Source of the DNA: Rhynchobatus australiae
Taxonomy: Eukaryota
Direction: 5' to 3'
NCBI GenBank assembly: GCA_034780895.1
Contig: JAUZTB010000027.1
Coordinates: forward strand, 34,065,109 to 34,129,108
DNA: 64,000 nt
Position 1 is the stretch's first letter. Every line of letters begins with the position of its first letter. The notes beneath the pieces were generated by a model. That model had not been told where the DNA came from. It searched no databases and worked only from the letters and a program-made list of their open reading frames with translations. Made by a program: the position numbers and the translations under genes. Shown in pieces: positions 1 to 11,160 of the stretch.

Positions 1-445
1 TATAGGAGGGCAGGGATCACCCCTCCCCAGTAGATCATATGCTTTGTGCTGGGTTTAAGGTTTTGACCTGCAAACACTCTTTTCCTCAGACAGCCAAAGG
101 CTGTACTGAAGATGATGAATTTAATTATTGAGGTCTGTCTTTGCTGAGAGATGCCTCTAGAAATATGGGAAGTGTTCCAGGTTTTCCAGTGTTTATTATG
201 GGAGGGCAGCTGGCAGAAGACCTTTTTTGTTGATATTAAGTTCAAGGTCCATTCTCTTGTATGCTTCAGTGAAGATGATGAAGCATGACTTGGAGCTTGG
301 CCTCTGGGTGTGTGTATGTCCAACTGTCATCCCTATACTATGAACTTCAGCTCGATGATTATGATTGGATGACCTAGGTTCTGGAGTGGCGGTTGAACAA
401 GTTCCTATTCACCCTGTAGATTAGCTCCAATCCAGCTGGTTGGAC
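1..445 (-). mobile_element. Decayed RTE-clade LINE fragment (RT C-terminal region)
   Basis: Minus-strand remnants PAGLELIYRVNRNLFN and FGCLRKRVFAGQNLKPSTKHMIYW resemble RTE ORF motifs. Similar to 59160-59570 in the opposite orientation (e.g. cactccagaacc, gagaatggacctt, tctactgggg). Confidence 0.7.
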
Positions 446-452
446 GTTAGGT

Positions 453-1583
453 TTGACGTACACATAAGTGGGCTCAACACATGTTGCCTTGGCCAAAGCC
501 CCCACCTCATGACTGTCTTCTCACTTACCCTCCCTTGATCCCTCCACACTCAATCTGATCAACCCCCCCAATATATGGTGAGAAAGATTAGGAAAAGTGT
601 TGGATGACACAGCCTTTCTTGACCCTGCTCTGCTCTGGAATTTGGCCTCTGGTTAGAATCACAACTTGCATGTCATTGTGTAGCAGGCAAAGAATGGAGA
701 TGAGTTTTTGAAGCCAGCCCATTTTGAGAGAGGGAAAACACAATGATGCTGGAGGACCTCAGCAGGCCAGGCAGCATCCATGGAGAAAAGCAGGCAGTCA
801 ACATTTTAGGTCAGGACCCTTCTTCAGGACTGAAGATAGGGAAAGGGGAAGTCCAATATATAGGAGGGAAAAGCAGAGCAGTGATAGGTGGACAAAAGAG
901 GGGAGGCGGGGTGAGCACAAGGTGGTGATAGCTAGATGCAGGTAAGAGATAGTGATAGGCAGGTGNNNNNNNNNNNNNNNNNNNNNNNNNNNNNNNNNNN
1001 NNNNNNNNNNNNNNNNNNNNNNNNNNNNNNNNNNNNNNNNNNNNNNNNNNNNNNNNNNNNNNNNNNNNNNNNNNNNNNNNNNNNNNNNNNNNNNNNNNNN
1101 NNNNNNNNNNNNNNNNNNNNNNNNNNNNNNNNNNNNNNNNNNNNNNNNNNNNNNNNNNNNNNNNNNNNNNNNNNNNNNNNNNNGGTGCAAAGGAGGAGGG
1201 GAGAGCAGATCCCCGGGGGGCTGGGTCACAGGTAGGGCGAAAGAGAAATGAAAAAAAGGGCAGAAAAAAAGAGAGATAGGCTAGTAGAGGGAAGAAGAGA
1301 AGGATCTCTCTTCTTTTCTCCCCTTTTTTTCCTTTCCCTCCTTACCTTTGACCCATCCTCTGGTGGATCTGCTCTCCCCTCCTCCCCCACACCTGCCCAT
1401 TGATTCTCCATTTTGAGAGGGATTCTCCAGTTCCTCCTTGACTGACTGACTAAAGGAGAGAAGACTTGGGGGTTGATAGGATCCAGTGCAGAGGGATCAA
1501 GGGGAAGGTAAGTGAGAAGGCAGTTACTAGGTGGAGGCTTTGGCCAAGGCAACATGTGCTGAGCCCACCTATGTGCATCTCAA
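453..1583. repeat. ~115 bp inverted repeat pair (453-568 and 1468-1583), possible TIRs of a non-autonomous DNA element
   Basis: gtgggctcaacacatgttgccttggccaaagcccccacct at ~469-508 is the near reverse complement of aggtggaggctttggccaaggcaacatgtgctgagcccac at ~1529-1568. Similarity continues over the whole arm. Confidence 0.8.
740..1400 (-). mobile_element. Penelope-like (pLTR-type) repeat copy with internal fold-back
   Basis: gatgctggaggacctcagcaggccaggcagcatccatggag...ggacccttcttcaggactg resembles an abundant elasmobranch repeat. Related copies at ~4660-4720, ~16600-16700 and 63035-63450. Inner inverted arms at 1191-1277 and 1303-1387. Confidence 0.55.
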
Positions 1584-1679
1584 CAAGTACTGTTGCATGT
1601 GTCTGCATATATGCATATGTTCATATCTGGGCAGCAGATCCTGGTCTCCAGCTGTCCTGGACCCCCTTCCACTGGATTC

Positions 1680-1832
1680 TGTACCCAAGAGGGCAATGGA
1701 GGTTCAGTTGCTGAGTATGTTCAAGGCAAACATTGATAGACTTTTGGATTTTTTGGATGTTAGGGTATATGCTAAACAATTAGCAATGATCTTGTTGAAT
1801 GGCAGAACAGACATAAGGGGTTGAATGGCCTA
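1680..1832 (+). mobile_element. CR1-type LINE 3' end fragment
   Basis: Translates PKRAMEVQLLSMFKANIDRLLD (CR1 ORF2 C-terminus like), followed by a typical 3' UTR ending ggttgaatggcct. Confidence 0.65.
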
Positions 1833-2257
1833 GGCACTGTTCAATAACTTCACTGCAAGTAACATCGCTAAAAAAGGTTCTGATTGTCTGCATTAGGATA
1901 AACTTCCTGAAACCCGATTTGGAATTTCTCAAAGGAAAGCAACAGCAACATGTATTGAAGATACATTCAGATATTCCGTCTATTTCAAACTTTTACTTTT
2001 CATTTCAGGTTTCCAGCATTCACGCATTTTTTTACCTTCTTATAGCTTAAATCATTCTTTATTGTTTGATGCAAATTCATGCAGTTGGCCCAAAATTAAG
2101 GCCATACGGTGCACAATGTAGATGTGCTAGCCAGCCTTCAGTATGGTGGTTAGGGACCATATGTACATTAATGACTGAAAGTGCACAGCCCATTATATTG
2201 GCAAAGAAAGAGAGCGGTGTGCAGTTCCCAGACGTGAAATATATTGCACTAATGAGA

Positions 2258-2475
2258 TAATGGTAGCAGTGTGGTTAATTTACTGGACGAGCATCTAGAG
2301 GCTTGAACTATTAAACCAGAGCCATGGGTTTGACTCCCACCATTGTAGCTGTTGAATTTAAATTCAAGTAATGGAATGGAAAGTTAATATCAATAAAAAA
2401 AACCATAAAACTACTGGTTTGCTGTAAAACCACTTTGGTTCATCTGCCATAGCTGCCCTCTGAAATAGCAGCAAT
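2258..2475 (+). mobile_element. Decayed tRNA-derived SINE
   Basis: A/B-box-like tggtagcagtgtgg...gggtttgactccc, with body gaatttaaattcaa...ctgccctctgaaat. A related copy lies on the minus strand at ~60160-60400. Confidence 0.5.
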
Positions 2476-3099
2476 GTATCATTCCTGTGACCACAACTAA
2501 GTAAACACAATGGCCTCACTTATCTTGGTATTCCTTTTACTGGCCGACTGTGCTACCCCAGCTCCATCTCAGGTATCGATCCCACTGAGAGCCCTCTGGA
2601 TAGAAAAGCATTGTGCTGCAAGTCTATTCCTCAACTATCATATCTGCAAGAAAAATGTCTGATCTAACTTCGCACCAAGAACAATGGTAATTGGCGGTGC
2701 TTCCTATGACGTGTCTCAGAGGATGTGGGAATTTCTACTATAGTTTGTGTCAAGCTGTATGAACTTCGTAAGGGACCTGTGTAACAGAATGAGGCACAGT
2801 TCATTCTCATGTGCATCCAGGTGAAGGAGTCACAAGTCACTGTTGTTGTTTTGATTAGTATCATTCAACCAAGCAATCTGTGCATACATCTGGTTTCTAG
2901 CCCTCAGAAAGGTCACTACATTTTGGGGGGGGGGGGCGCGGGTGACTTCCTCAAAAGATGTTATCTCCCTGTTTTTTTTTAATTCCCGTCCAGCTTTGCC
3001 ACAGCCGTTACTTGAAGCTTACAACACACAAACGTGTCATATGACCTGTTTAGCTTATGCCAGTGTTTTTGCTCCATATTTGTTTCTTCCCTCCCTACT

Positions 3100-3500
3100 T
3101 CATCTAACCCAAATGCCTTTTAATATCTATCTCGTTTGCTGAGCTTGATTCCTCTTAAGTGCCTCCATGCTAATTACCTTAACCATTCGTTGTAGTGGAG
3201 ATTTCCGCATTCTGACACTTGCTGGGTTTATCCTATGTTTCTTACTGGAACGATGAATGATCATCATCTTCATGATGCCCAGTTTTGAACTGTCCCACTG
3301 AAGGAAACAACTTAAATCCTCTCATTATGTCAGATATATGTAGGAAATCCTCAGCCTTCACTGTTGTAGAGAAAAGAGACATAGTTTCTCATTCGGTTTC
3401 TCAGTTCTGATATTGTCTTTGTAAGTGTTGTACCTTTCCCAGTGGCTCTACAACCTTCCTGCAAGATGTAGACCAGAACTGCACAGAGTGCTCTCAATGC
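3100..3500 (-). mobile_element. Highly decayed CR1-type LINE fragment
   Basis: Contains ttccagtggctctacaaccttcctg...gaccagaactgcacagagtgctc, reverse complement of the CR1 EYCVQFWSP region. Confidence 0.45.
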
Positions 3501-4767
3501 TGTCCTCAGCCTAAGTGCTTCCTGTGCTTCAGCCTACCCCCTGAAATAGGGGAGAAACTCCACTGGAAAATGTGACTGGGCCTGCCCTCCTACATAGCAC
3601 AAACAGGTGAGCCTGTACTTTGGGCCAACTTCCACGTCATTTTTCCTATTATTGGGAAAAATAAGGATCATAAGTGTAGCTTTACATGTGGAATTCCCAT
3701 CGCTGTTTGATAGAGTTTAGGTAAGCCATATATTACTAGCATAAATTCAGAATGTGTTACATTTTGATACAAGCTTTAGCTTTTTTTCTGGAAAAACAGC
3801 AATGCATAGAAGTCATAACAGTGATTTATCACTGTCACTTTACATTGCTGCTTTTCTTACTCTTTCAATGTAGAGGACTATTTTTTTAACTCTATAATAC
3901 ATCCAATGCTTTTGGAAAGCACTGCTGGTGGCAGGAGTGGTAATGTCTGCTTACTTTCTCCCTAATTGCTTGAGAAGGCGATACTGTCAGTTTATGCATG
4001 CACTGGGTTTTGATCCAGAAAGCCTTTTGATGTGATGATAACTGTAATTTTAAGAAACAGTTACCATATTTTCCTTGGTACTTGATATTCTTTGATGCAC
4101 TAAATATAAATAGCCTAAAAATAGCTGTTTTAATGCCTTAATATACCACTAGAGAATCTGTTGTTAATTGCCATCATATGTAAGAAATATTGTGGATATG
4201 ACATCGTAATAACTATGCTTAAAATAGATTAAGCTAAATTCAATGCAACTACTATTGGAGTTTTCCAAATGAATTGAAAGAGGTAAAGNNNNNNNNNNNN
4301 NNNNNNNNNNNNNNNNNNNNNNNNNNNNNNNNNNNNNNNNNNNNNNNNNNNNNNNNNNNNNNNNNNNNNNNNNNNNNNNNNNNNNNNNNNNNNNNNNNNN
4401 NNNNNNNNNNNNNNNNNNNNNNNNNNNNNNNNNNNNNNNNNNNNNNNNNNNNNNNNNNNNNNNNNNNNNNNNNNNNNNNNNNNNNNNNNNNNNNNNNNNN
4501 NNNNNNNNNNNNNNNNNNNNNNNNNNNNNNNNNNNNNNNNNNNNNNNNNNNNNNNNNNNNNNNNNNNNNNNNNNNNNNNNNNNNNNNNNNNNNNNNNNNN
4601 NNNNNNNNNNNNNNNNNNNNNNNNNNNNNNNNNNNNNNNNNNCTGGGGGTGCCGGAATCTGCATCTGTGGGGGGGAAAAGGAATCATCGATGATTCGGGT
4701 TGAAACCCTGCATCAGGACTGGGCACGGGTAAGGGTGGAGCTGCTGGGGTGTGGAAAGAATTGGCAA

Positions 4768-5225
4768 ACATACAAATTAGGTGTAGGAGTAGGCCTTTTG
4801 GCTCCTTAAGCCTGCTCTGTCATTTAATACGATTGTGAATGATCTGACTGTAACCTCAACTCCATATTCCCATCCTCCTACAGTAACTCCCTTGCTTATC
4901 AAGTATCTATCCACCTACGCCTTAAAAATATTCAAAGACTCTGCCTCCTCAGCCCTTTGGAGGAAGAGAAGTCCAAAGATTCACAACACACTGACAGAAC
5001 AAGATACGCCTCTTCTCGGTCTTAACCGGACAATCCTTTATTTTAAAACAATGACCCCCCATTTGTAGATTCTCCCACAAGGGAAAGCATTCTCTCCATA
5101 TTATCCTTGTCAAGACCCCTCAGGATTTCTATATATGGCTATCGAGTTTCCTTCCCCTCTCCAGCAGATACAAGTGTAGCCTTTCCTACCCTTCCTTATA
5201 ACACAACCAACCAGTTCCCTGCATT
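4768..5225 (-). mobile_element. CR1-type LINE 3' end
   Basis: aggagtaggcc...aagcctgctc...cttatcaag...ccttaaaaatattcaaagactctgcc is a typical elasmobranch CR1 3' end in reverse. Clearly similar to 15235-15640. Confidence 0.7.
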
Positions 5226-8200
5226 TGGCTGCTCATTTAAATACTTTACAATGGCTTCTTTCCTCAGATTTTAGCTTAATTTAAAGAGCAACTCTGGCTG
5301 GTTTCCCAATTATGGCAGCCAAAGTAAGCAAGAGCTGTTGCATCAAGGAGGTGTGCCTTTCCAGCACTGCATGAAGGAATATTTCCCCCTTATCCACAAA
5401 CTAACCTGCACATCCTATGATCAGACACACCCATACAATTGAGCCTCACAGTGTAGTCACTGTCCTCCATCACAATCAGGACACTCTGTGATCACCAACA
5501 AGTCTCCCACTCTGCCAGACCCTTCTCAGTCTCTCAGCCACCACCAATCACATCCTCACCCGACAGGCAACAGAATGCCCATTCTTCCCCCAGCTATTAC
5601 CTCTAGCACAGCAGCATGACTTTGTGTGTTACTCGCCTCCCACCTCATTTGGGTGTTCCACGTCTGCCAAGGTATCGAGGTTGCCAATCAGACAGGCTTC
5701 CAGGTGAGGATACTGTTTAGAAGAGACACATCCACTGCATCCCATGTTTCTTTACTATTCAAGTAGCAACACAGAGCTTGTGTAACTTTATATTTAAAAG
5801 GAAAGTTTTCAATGGATTCTCACCCATTTTAAAATGCTGCTGATGTTTTATCTTGCCCTTTGCCCTTCATGCTTTGCTCTTCTATTTGATTAAGGCTATT
5901 AGACTGAAACATTTGCTTGAAGAATCCAGGTGCATTTAATATGAATTCAAAGCATGCAAACAATTAGATATTGTGTTGTATAGCTCTCCAAAGCAAAATT
6001 TGTTCCTATTTCTGGTGCAAAAAATTAGTAGTGACAAACCTGATCTTGACATTTTTTTCCCCTATCTTTCAATCATTGCTAAAAAAATGTCAGTTTGAAC
6101 TGCTAAAACCAAGCAGAAAATTAAGAATGCATTGCATAGCACAGCTGTGGAATAATTGCACTGCACAGTGGTAGTGTACAAATACCTCATGTGGTTGCAA
6201 CATTATTTTCCATAATTTTCCTCTCAGCCTTCAGCTGGTCAGAATGACCTGCGTTGTGCTTCCTCAACTTCAACCTATCAAGAAGAGGAGAAAATGTCTC
6301 CCTAGTTCACGTAGTATGGCGAGATTCTGGACTACAGTGATAAATAAAGTACAAAGATGAGAAAGTACAGAGCTACTGATTGTCTTCTGCTTGTCAGATG
6401 TGTGGCATGGAGCGTAGAGTATTCAGTCTGCTAAATTTGTAGTACTGACAAATATGTTGGCATGGCAGGAACTTACGGCAGCAGACCTGATGATTTTGCC
6501 AAACATATTGCATGCCTGGCAGTCATCTGCAATCTTAGCTCACTGGGGCCTGTTCATAGAAAAGATGACATGTACTAACACGTAGCTTACATGAACCCAT
6601 TTCTAGGTGTCACTCAGCCGGTGTTGTATTCCACTTCCTTCCCATTACATTCAAAGGCTGTCTTTTAACATACATTTATTAAAACTTTTTATCATTGGTC
6701 AAGTGACTGCTGGAGTGTCTCCTCAGAACTCTCATGTAATGATTGCCTACTTGCCGAAAAAATATTGAGCTGCGAGGGAAGCTTTGCTTTGTCAGGAGGA
6801 AGAAAATAAAGAGAAATCGGCTGAGCTTCAAAGGGCACATTTCCATAATTGCCCTGTAACTTTGGAAAAATAAATCTGAAGGGCTGAGAAAAGCACAGTC
6901 TCTCAGATGAGTGCACTACAAAAGCCAAAGAGGTCCCAGTCCCACTTGTTACTATTCCAATTCAGTGGGAGNNNNNNNNNNNNNNNNNNNNNNAACAAAA
7001 GCCACAAAATCACTGTCCTCTTCCCTTAAAGGAGCTCGGCCTGAAGAATAGAATCTTATCCACCCTTTGTCTCAGTCTCAGCATCAACTACTCCTGGAAA
7101 GTTGTAGCACAGGTCTTCTGTGCTCAGAATTGCTGCATATCCCTTCTTTTGACACTGACATTTTTGTTCACAAGACAAGCTTTTGTGGTGATATTCAGAA
7201 AGAACAATCAGGAGAGCCTAATAAACGGATTAGTAGGGCAGACAAAGAACTGCGGTGGCTTCAAAGCTCGGCCAACAACACAATAGAGATGACATTTGTT
7301 CATCCTGGGGCTTAGGCAAGCACTGGGTGAATGTGCTAGCTGTTCATGATGCCAGTAAACAATGGGTGAAGTTGGAATGAGGTTGAGAAACACCAAACAT
7401 CAGTCTTTGTTTTTCTGAGCATGGAAAAGGCATTTGCAAACAACACTGTTTTATTTACTTTTGAATTTTCTCTAATTTGAATTATTGCTGATGGCATCTT
7501 TTCCTTTTAAACCTTGTGAGAAGATAAACATACATATCTTCACACAATATGAAGAATATATCATTCAACTTAGTTGTGCCATCATTGTTTCTTCCTTTAA
7601 GAAAAGTGATGAATGCTGTACAAAATTATTTTTTTCACTTTGGCGTGCCTTGCAGAACTGTACCAAAAAGCAATAAAAGCATAAAGTGGATTGAGTGACA
7701 ATGGAACCTGAGCTCTGGCTTTTGGATTGAGGCTTTGCTTCATTGCTTCTCAATCATATTCTCTTGTGTCTCAGCAAAGGGATTGCATCACAGTATTTAA
7801 CATTGCTAGGAGCAAAGGAATAAAGTCAAGCCAGTGTTGATTATTGCTCATTAGCCACAAGGACATACTTTTGTGTGTGAATAAATGAATGACACCGTGT
7901 CCTGATGGAAATAGTCCTGGTGTAGCTCTAAGCAAAATGTCAGCTAACGTTTCCATTTGCTTAATATTAGAGAATCCTGCTGGATGCAAAAGGGAATATA
8001 AGCATCCATGATTATTTTATTCCTTATAGACAATGTTTAACAAACCTGCTTAATTTTTTTTTCTTTGATGCTATAACAAAGTCATTTAGTGAACATTTTT
8101 ATTAAAAGTGATGTTGGCTGGATTTAGCAATTTTGAAATCATATCTTATGAAATAAAAATAAAGTAGATCAGTTTCTGTTCTTTCTCATCTAATAATGGC

Positions 8201-9404
8201 TGAAGCAGAAAGGCAACCTTGACTGCAGCTGTCTTTTTTGTCTTTTGCATTGATTTTCTTTTTTNNNNNNNNNNNNNNNNNNNNNNNNNNNNNNNNNNNN
8301 NNNNNNNNNNNNNNNNNNNNNNNNNNNNNNNNNNNNNNNNNNNNNNNNNNNNNNNNNNNNNNNNNNNNNNNNNNNNNNNNNNNNNNNNNNNNNNNNNNNN
8401 NNNNNNNNNNNNNNNNNNNNNNNNNNNNNNNNNNNNNNNNNNNNNNNNNNNNNNNNNNNNNNNNNNNNNNNNNNNNNNNNNNNNNNNNNNNNNNNNNNNN
8501 NNNNNNNNNNNNNNNNNNNNNNNNNNNNNNNNNNNNNNNNNNNNNNNNNNNNNNNNNNNNNNNNNNNNNNNNNNNNNNNNNNNNNNNNNNNNNNNNNNNN
8601 NNNNNNNNNNNNNNNNNNNNNNNNNNNNNNNNNNNNNNNNNNNNNNNNNNNNNNNNNNNNNNNNNNNNNNNNNNNNNNNNNNNNNNNNNNNNNNNNNNNN
8701 NNNNNNNNNNNNNNNNNNNNNNNNNNNNNNNNNNNNNNNNNNNNNNNNNNNNNNNNNNNNNNNNNNNNNNNNNNNNNNNNNNNNNNNNNNNNNNNNNNNN
8801 NNNNNNNNNNNNNNNNNNNNNNNNNNNNNNNNNNNNNNNNNNNNNNNNNNNNNNNNNNNNNNNNNNNNNNNNNNNNNNNNNNNNNNNNNNCCTGCTGTGT
8901 GCGTTATTCAGGAAAAAGAATCTGGTCAAAAGATCAGGAGTTTGATACCCTACAATTTTGTACAATCCCCATCTTAAATGGAGATTAATTATGTCAGAGC
9001 AATAAATGTATATTTATGTTGTCTACCCTCGCCTGCAAAATATATTTCTTTTTGGAAAAGATGTCTGTGGAAAAACTGCCCTTGCACTATTTCATTATGT
9101 CAGACACAATGCAAACCAAATGGCCACCTTTTATATACTCAGTGACTTCAATGCAATGCGAATGAAATTGAGTGAAATGAGATGTTAATCACTAGACATT
9201 TACCTTTTCTGAGTGCCTTTGGTTCATTCACTATTAATCCTGACATATTTTGATGGAAACAGATATTTGAAAAGAGAAGCAAAGTGAACAAAAATAAGTA
9301 TAGCGGTGCAGTTTTCTTATAAATTGAAAGAGTGTTGCATGCCACCTCACAAGCCAGTATATACGCATGATGGTTGATAGTTAACTGCCCCAGCATGTTG
9401 AGAG

Positions 9405-9505
9405 TGCTGAGGAGACTTTCAATTACAACTCATTCATTAGCTGTAAAGTGCTTTGGGATGCCCTGAGGATGTGCAAGGTACTATATAAATGGAAGTTTGT
9501 TCTTC
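9405..9505 (+). mobile_element. Deu-domain SINE 3' tail fragment
   Basis: ttcattagctgtaaagtgctttgggatgccctgagg...tatataaatggaagt resembles the SacSINE1/AmnSINE-type 3' tail. Confidence 0.5.
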
Positions 9506-10789
9506 ATCTTGACTGCAATGAACCTTTCATGGACAGTTCACAGCGTTAAAGATGCGGTATGCCTTAGGCAGGATTTGTTGGCGATGGCATTGTGAATAGT
9601 AATCTGCCAAAGTAAAGAATATTTTTTCAAATAGTCTTTGCATTGGCAGGTTCTTCTTTAAGAAAATAATTAAAAGCAGTGGGTAAGTCTGCTGGACCAA
9701 TTATTGTTAACGTGGTTACCTGAGGTAATAGCGGCTGTGCCCCCAAAGCTATCAGTAGCCACAATGCATTTGTACATGAACAGGTGCACAGAGGCAGGTA
9801 GGAGCAGCTGAGACTAAGCAGTGGTACTCTCAACATTTTAAAATGAGCATGCTACGTTTAAAAGAAATCAAACAAAACCTTAGGGGAATGTGGCTACATA
9901 GCTCTACATCTTAAAAACTGAAATAGTGGCATTCCTTCAAAGGGGAGGAGTTCTTTCAAAATTTGAAATGTCATCTGCATGGACCACCAAGGATAAGAAA
10001 TGCTTCTATAATTATTATTTGTGCTAGTTTTATAACTGTTCTACCCCAGGGCTAAGGTTCTGAACTACTGTAATAGTAATACTCTTCTAAATTAGCTCTA
10101 GTTTTTTACCATCATTTCACAACTTGTTTATAATTACTCAAATCAGAAACAATATTAGACATTTTATTTCTAGTTCATTCACTATTAATCCTTATATATT
10201 TTGAAATCACTGGAATGCAGAGACGTTTAATGTCACAAAAGTGCCAAACTACTGTCACTTTTTTATATTAATTGTCAAAAAAGACAGTAGTGGGTGCATA
10301 AAGTAGGTGTTTATCCGCTGTAAAGGATATCTTCCTGATGTAACAGAACCTCTCTAGATTGTAAGCAGAGTTATCCAGCCTGACAAAATCAAAATCTTCG
10401 CTAATTAACTGCCAACAAAATTCCGGTGTTAAGAAAGCAAAAGGCATTTCACAGCATAAATTACAGCTGCAAACTTTTATTTTGATCAAAATTGATGCAC
10501 AGCCATTTTTTTAAAAACTGGTTTTCACGGCCAAATTCCCAGTTGCATAACTGTTCTAATAGTGTGTTCTGAGAGATTTATAAAATGGGTGTCATCACCA
10601 ACTGATACAGGCTAAAACAATGTCTGATTTCCAAGTTTAAAAAATGCATTGTGTCTGATTATTCAAATAAATAATCAGAGAAATTAAACTTAAAACTGAA
10701 AAGTTGTTTGTAATTGATCACATATTCTCATGTACTTTCAAAGTTTGGACATCAGAATTAGAAAAGAAGAAAAAAAGAANNNNNNNCAC

Positions 10790-11160
10790 ATAAACACCTT
10801 TCACAACTTCAGACTGTGTAAAAATGATTCACAATCAATGGGGTCACTCTTGTAATACAGGTGAAGTGTATTTAATATGCTCACAGTTGGGGCTCACGAA
10901 CATCAATGAAATAAATGTTGATCATCATCTGTCATGATGTTGAGCAAAGGATAAATGTTGGTCAGGAAAATTTCCCAAGCTGCTTTGGAAATACTGCTGT
11001 GTGGTCTTTATGTCCACCTGGGAGGGAAGGCGGTGTTTTGGTTTAACATTTCATTCGAAGGGCAGCACCTCCTGTAGTGCACCACTGAAACGCTAGCCTA
11101 GATTATGTGATCAAGGTTCTGGAATGGGACTTGAAAACACACCACCAGATTCAGAGAGGA
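10790..11160 (-). mobile_element. Deu-domain SINE (SacSINE1-like)
   Basis: ggataaatgttggtcagga...gtccacctg...ggtttaacatttcattcgaagggcagcacctcc...gcctagattatgtg...ggaatgggacttgaa matches the reverse of a Deu-domain SINE body plus tRNA-like head. Confidence 0.6.

Noticed and set aside
8186-8977. Long ORFs spanning N runs (also at ~1.0, 4.2, 13.1, 39.3, 49.0, 50.9 kb)
   Set aside because: They are open only because N codons contain no stops.
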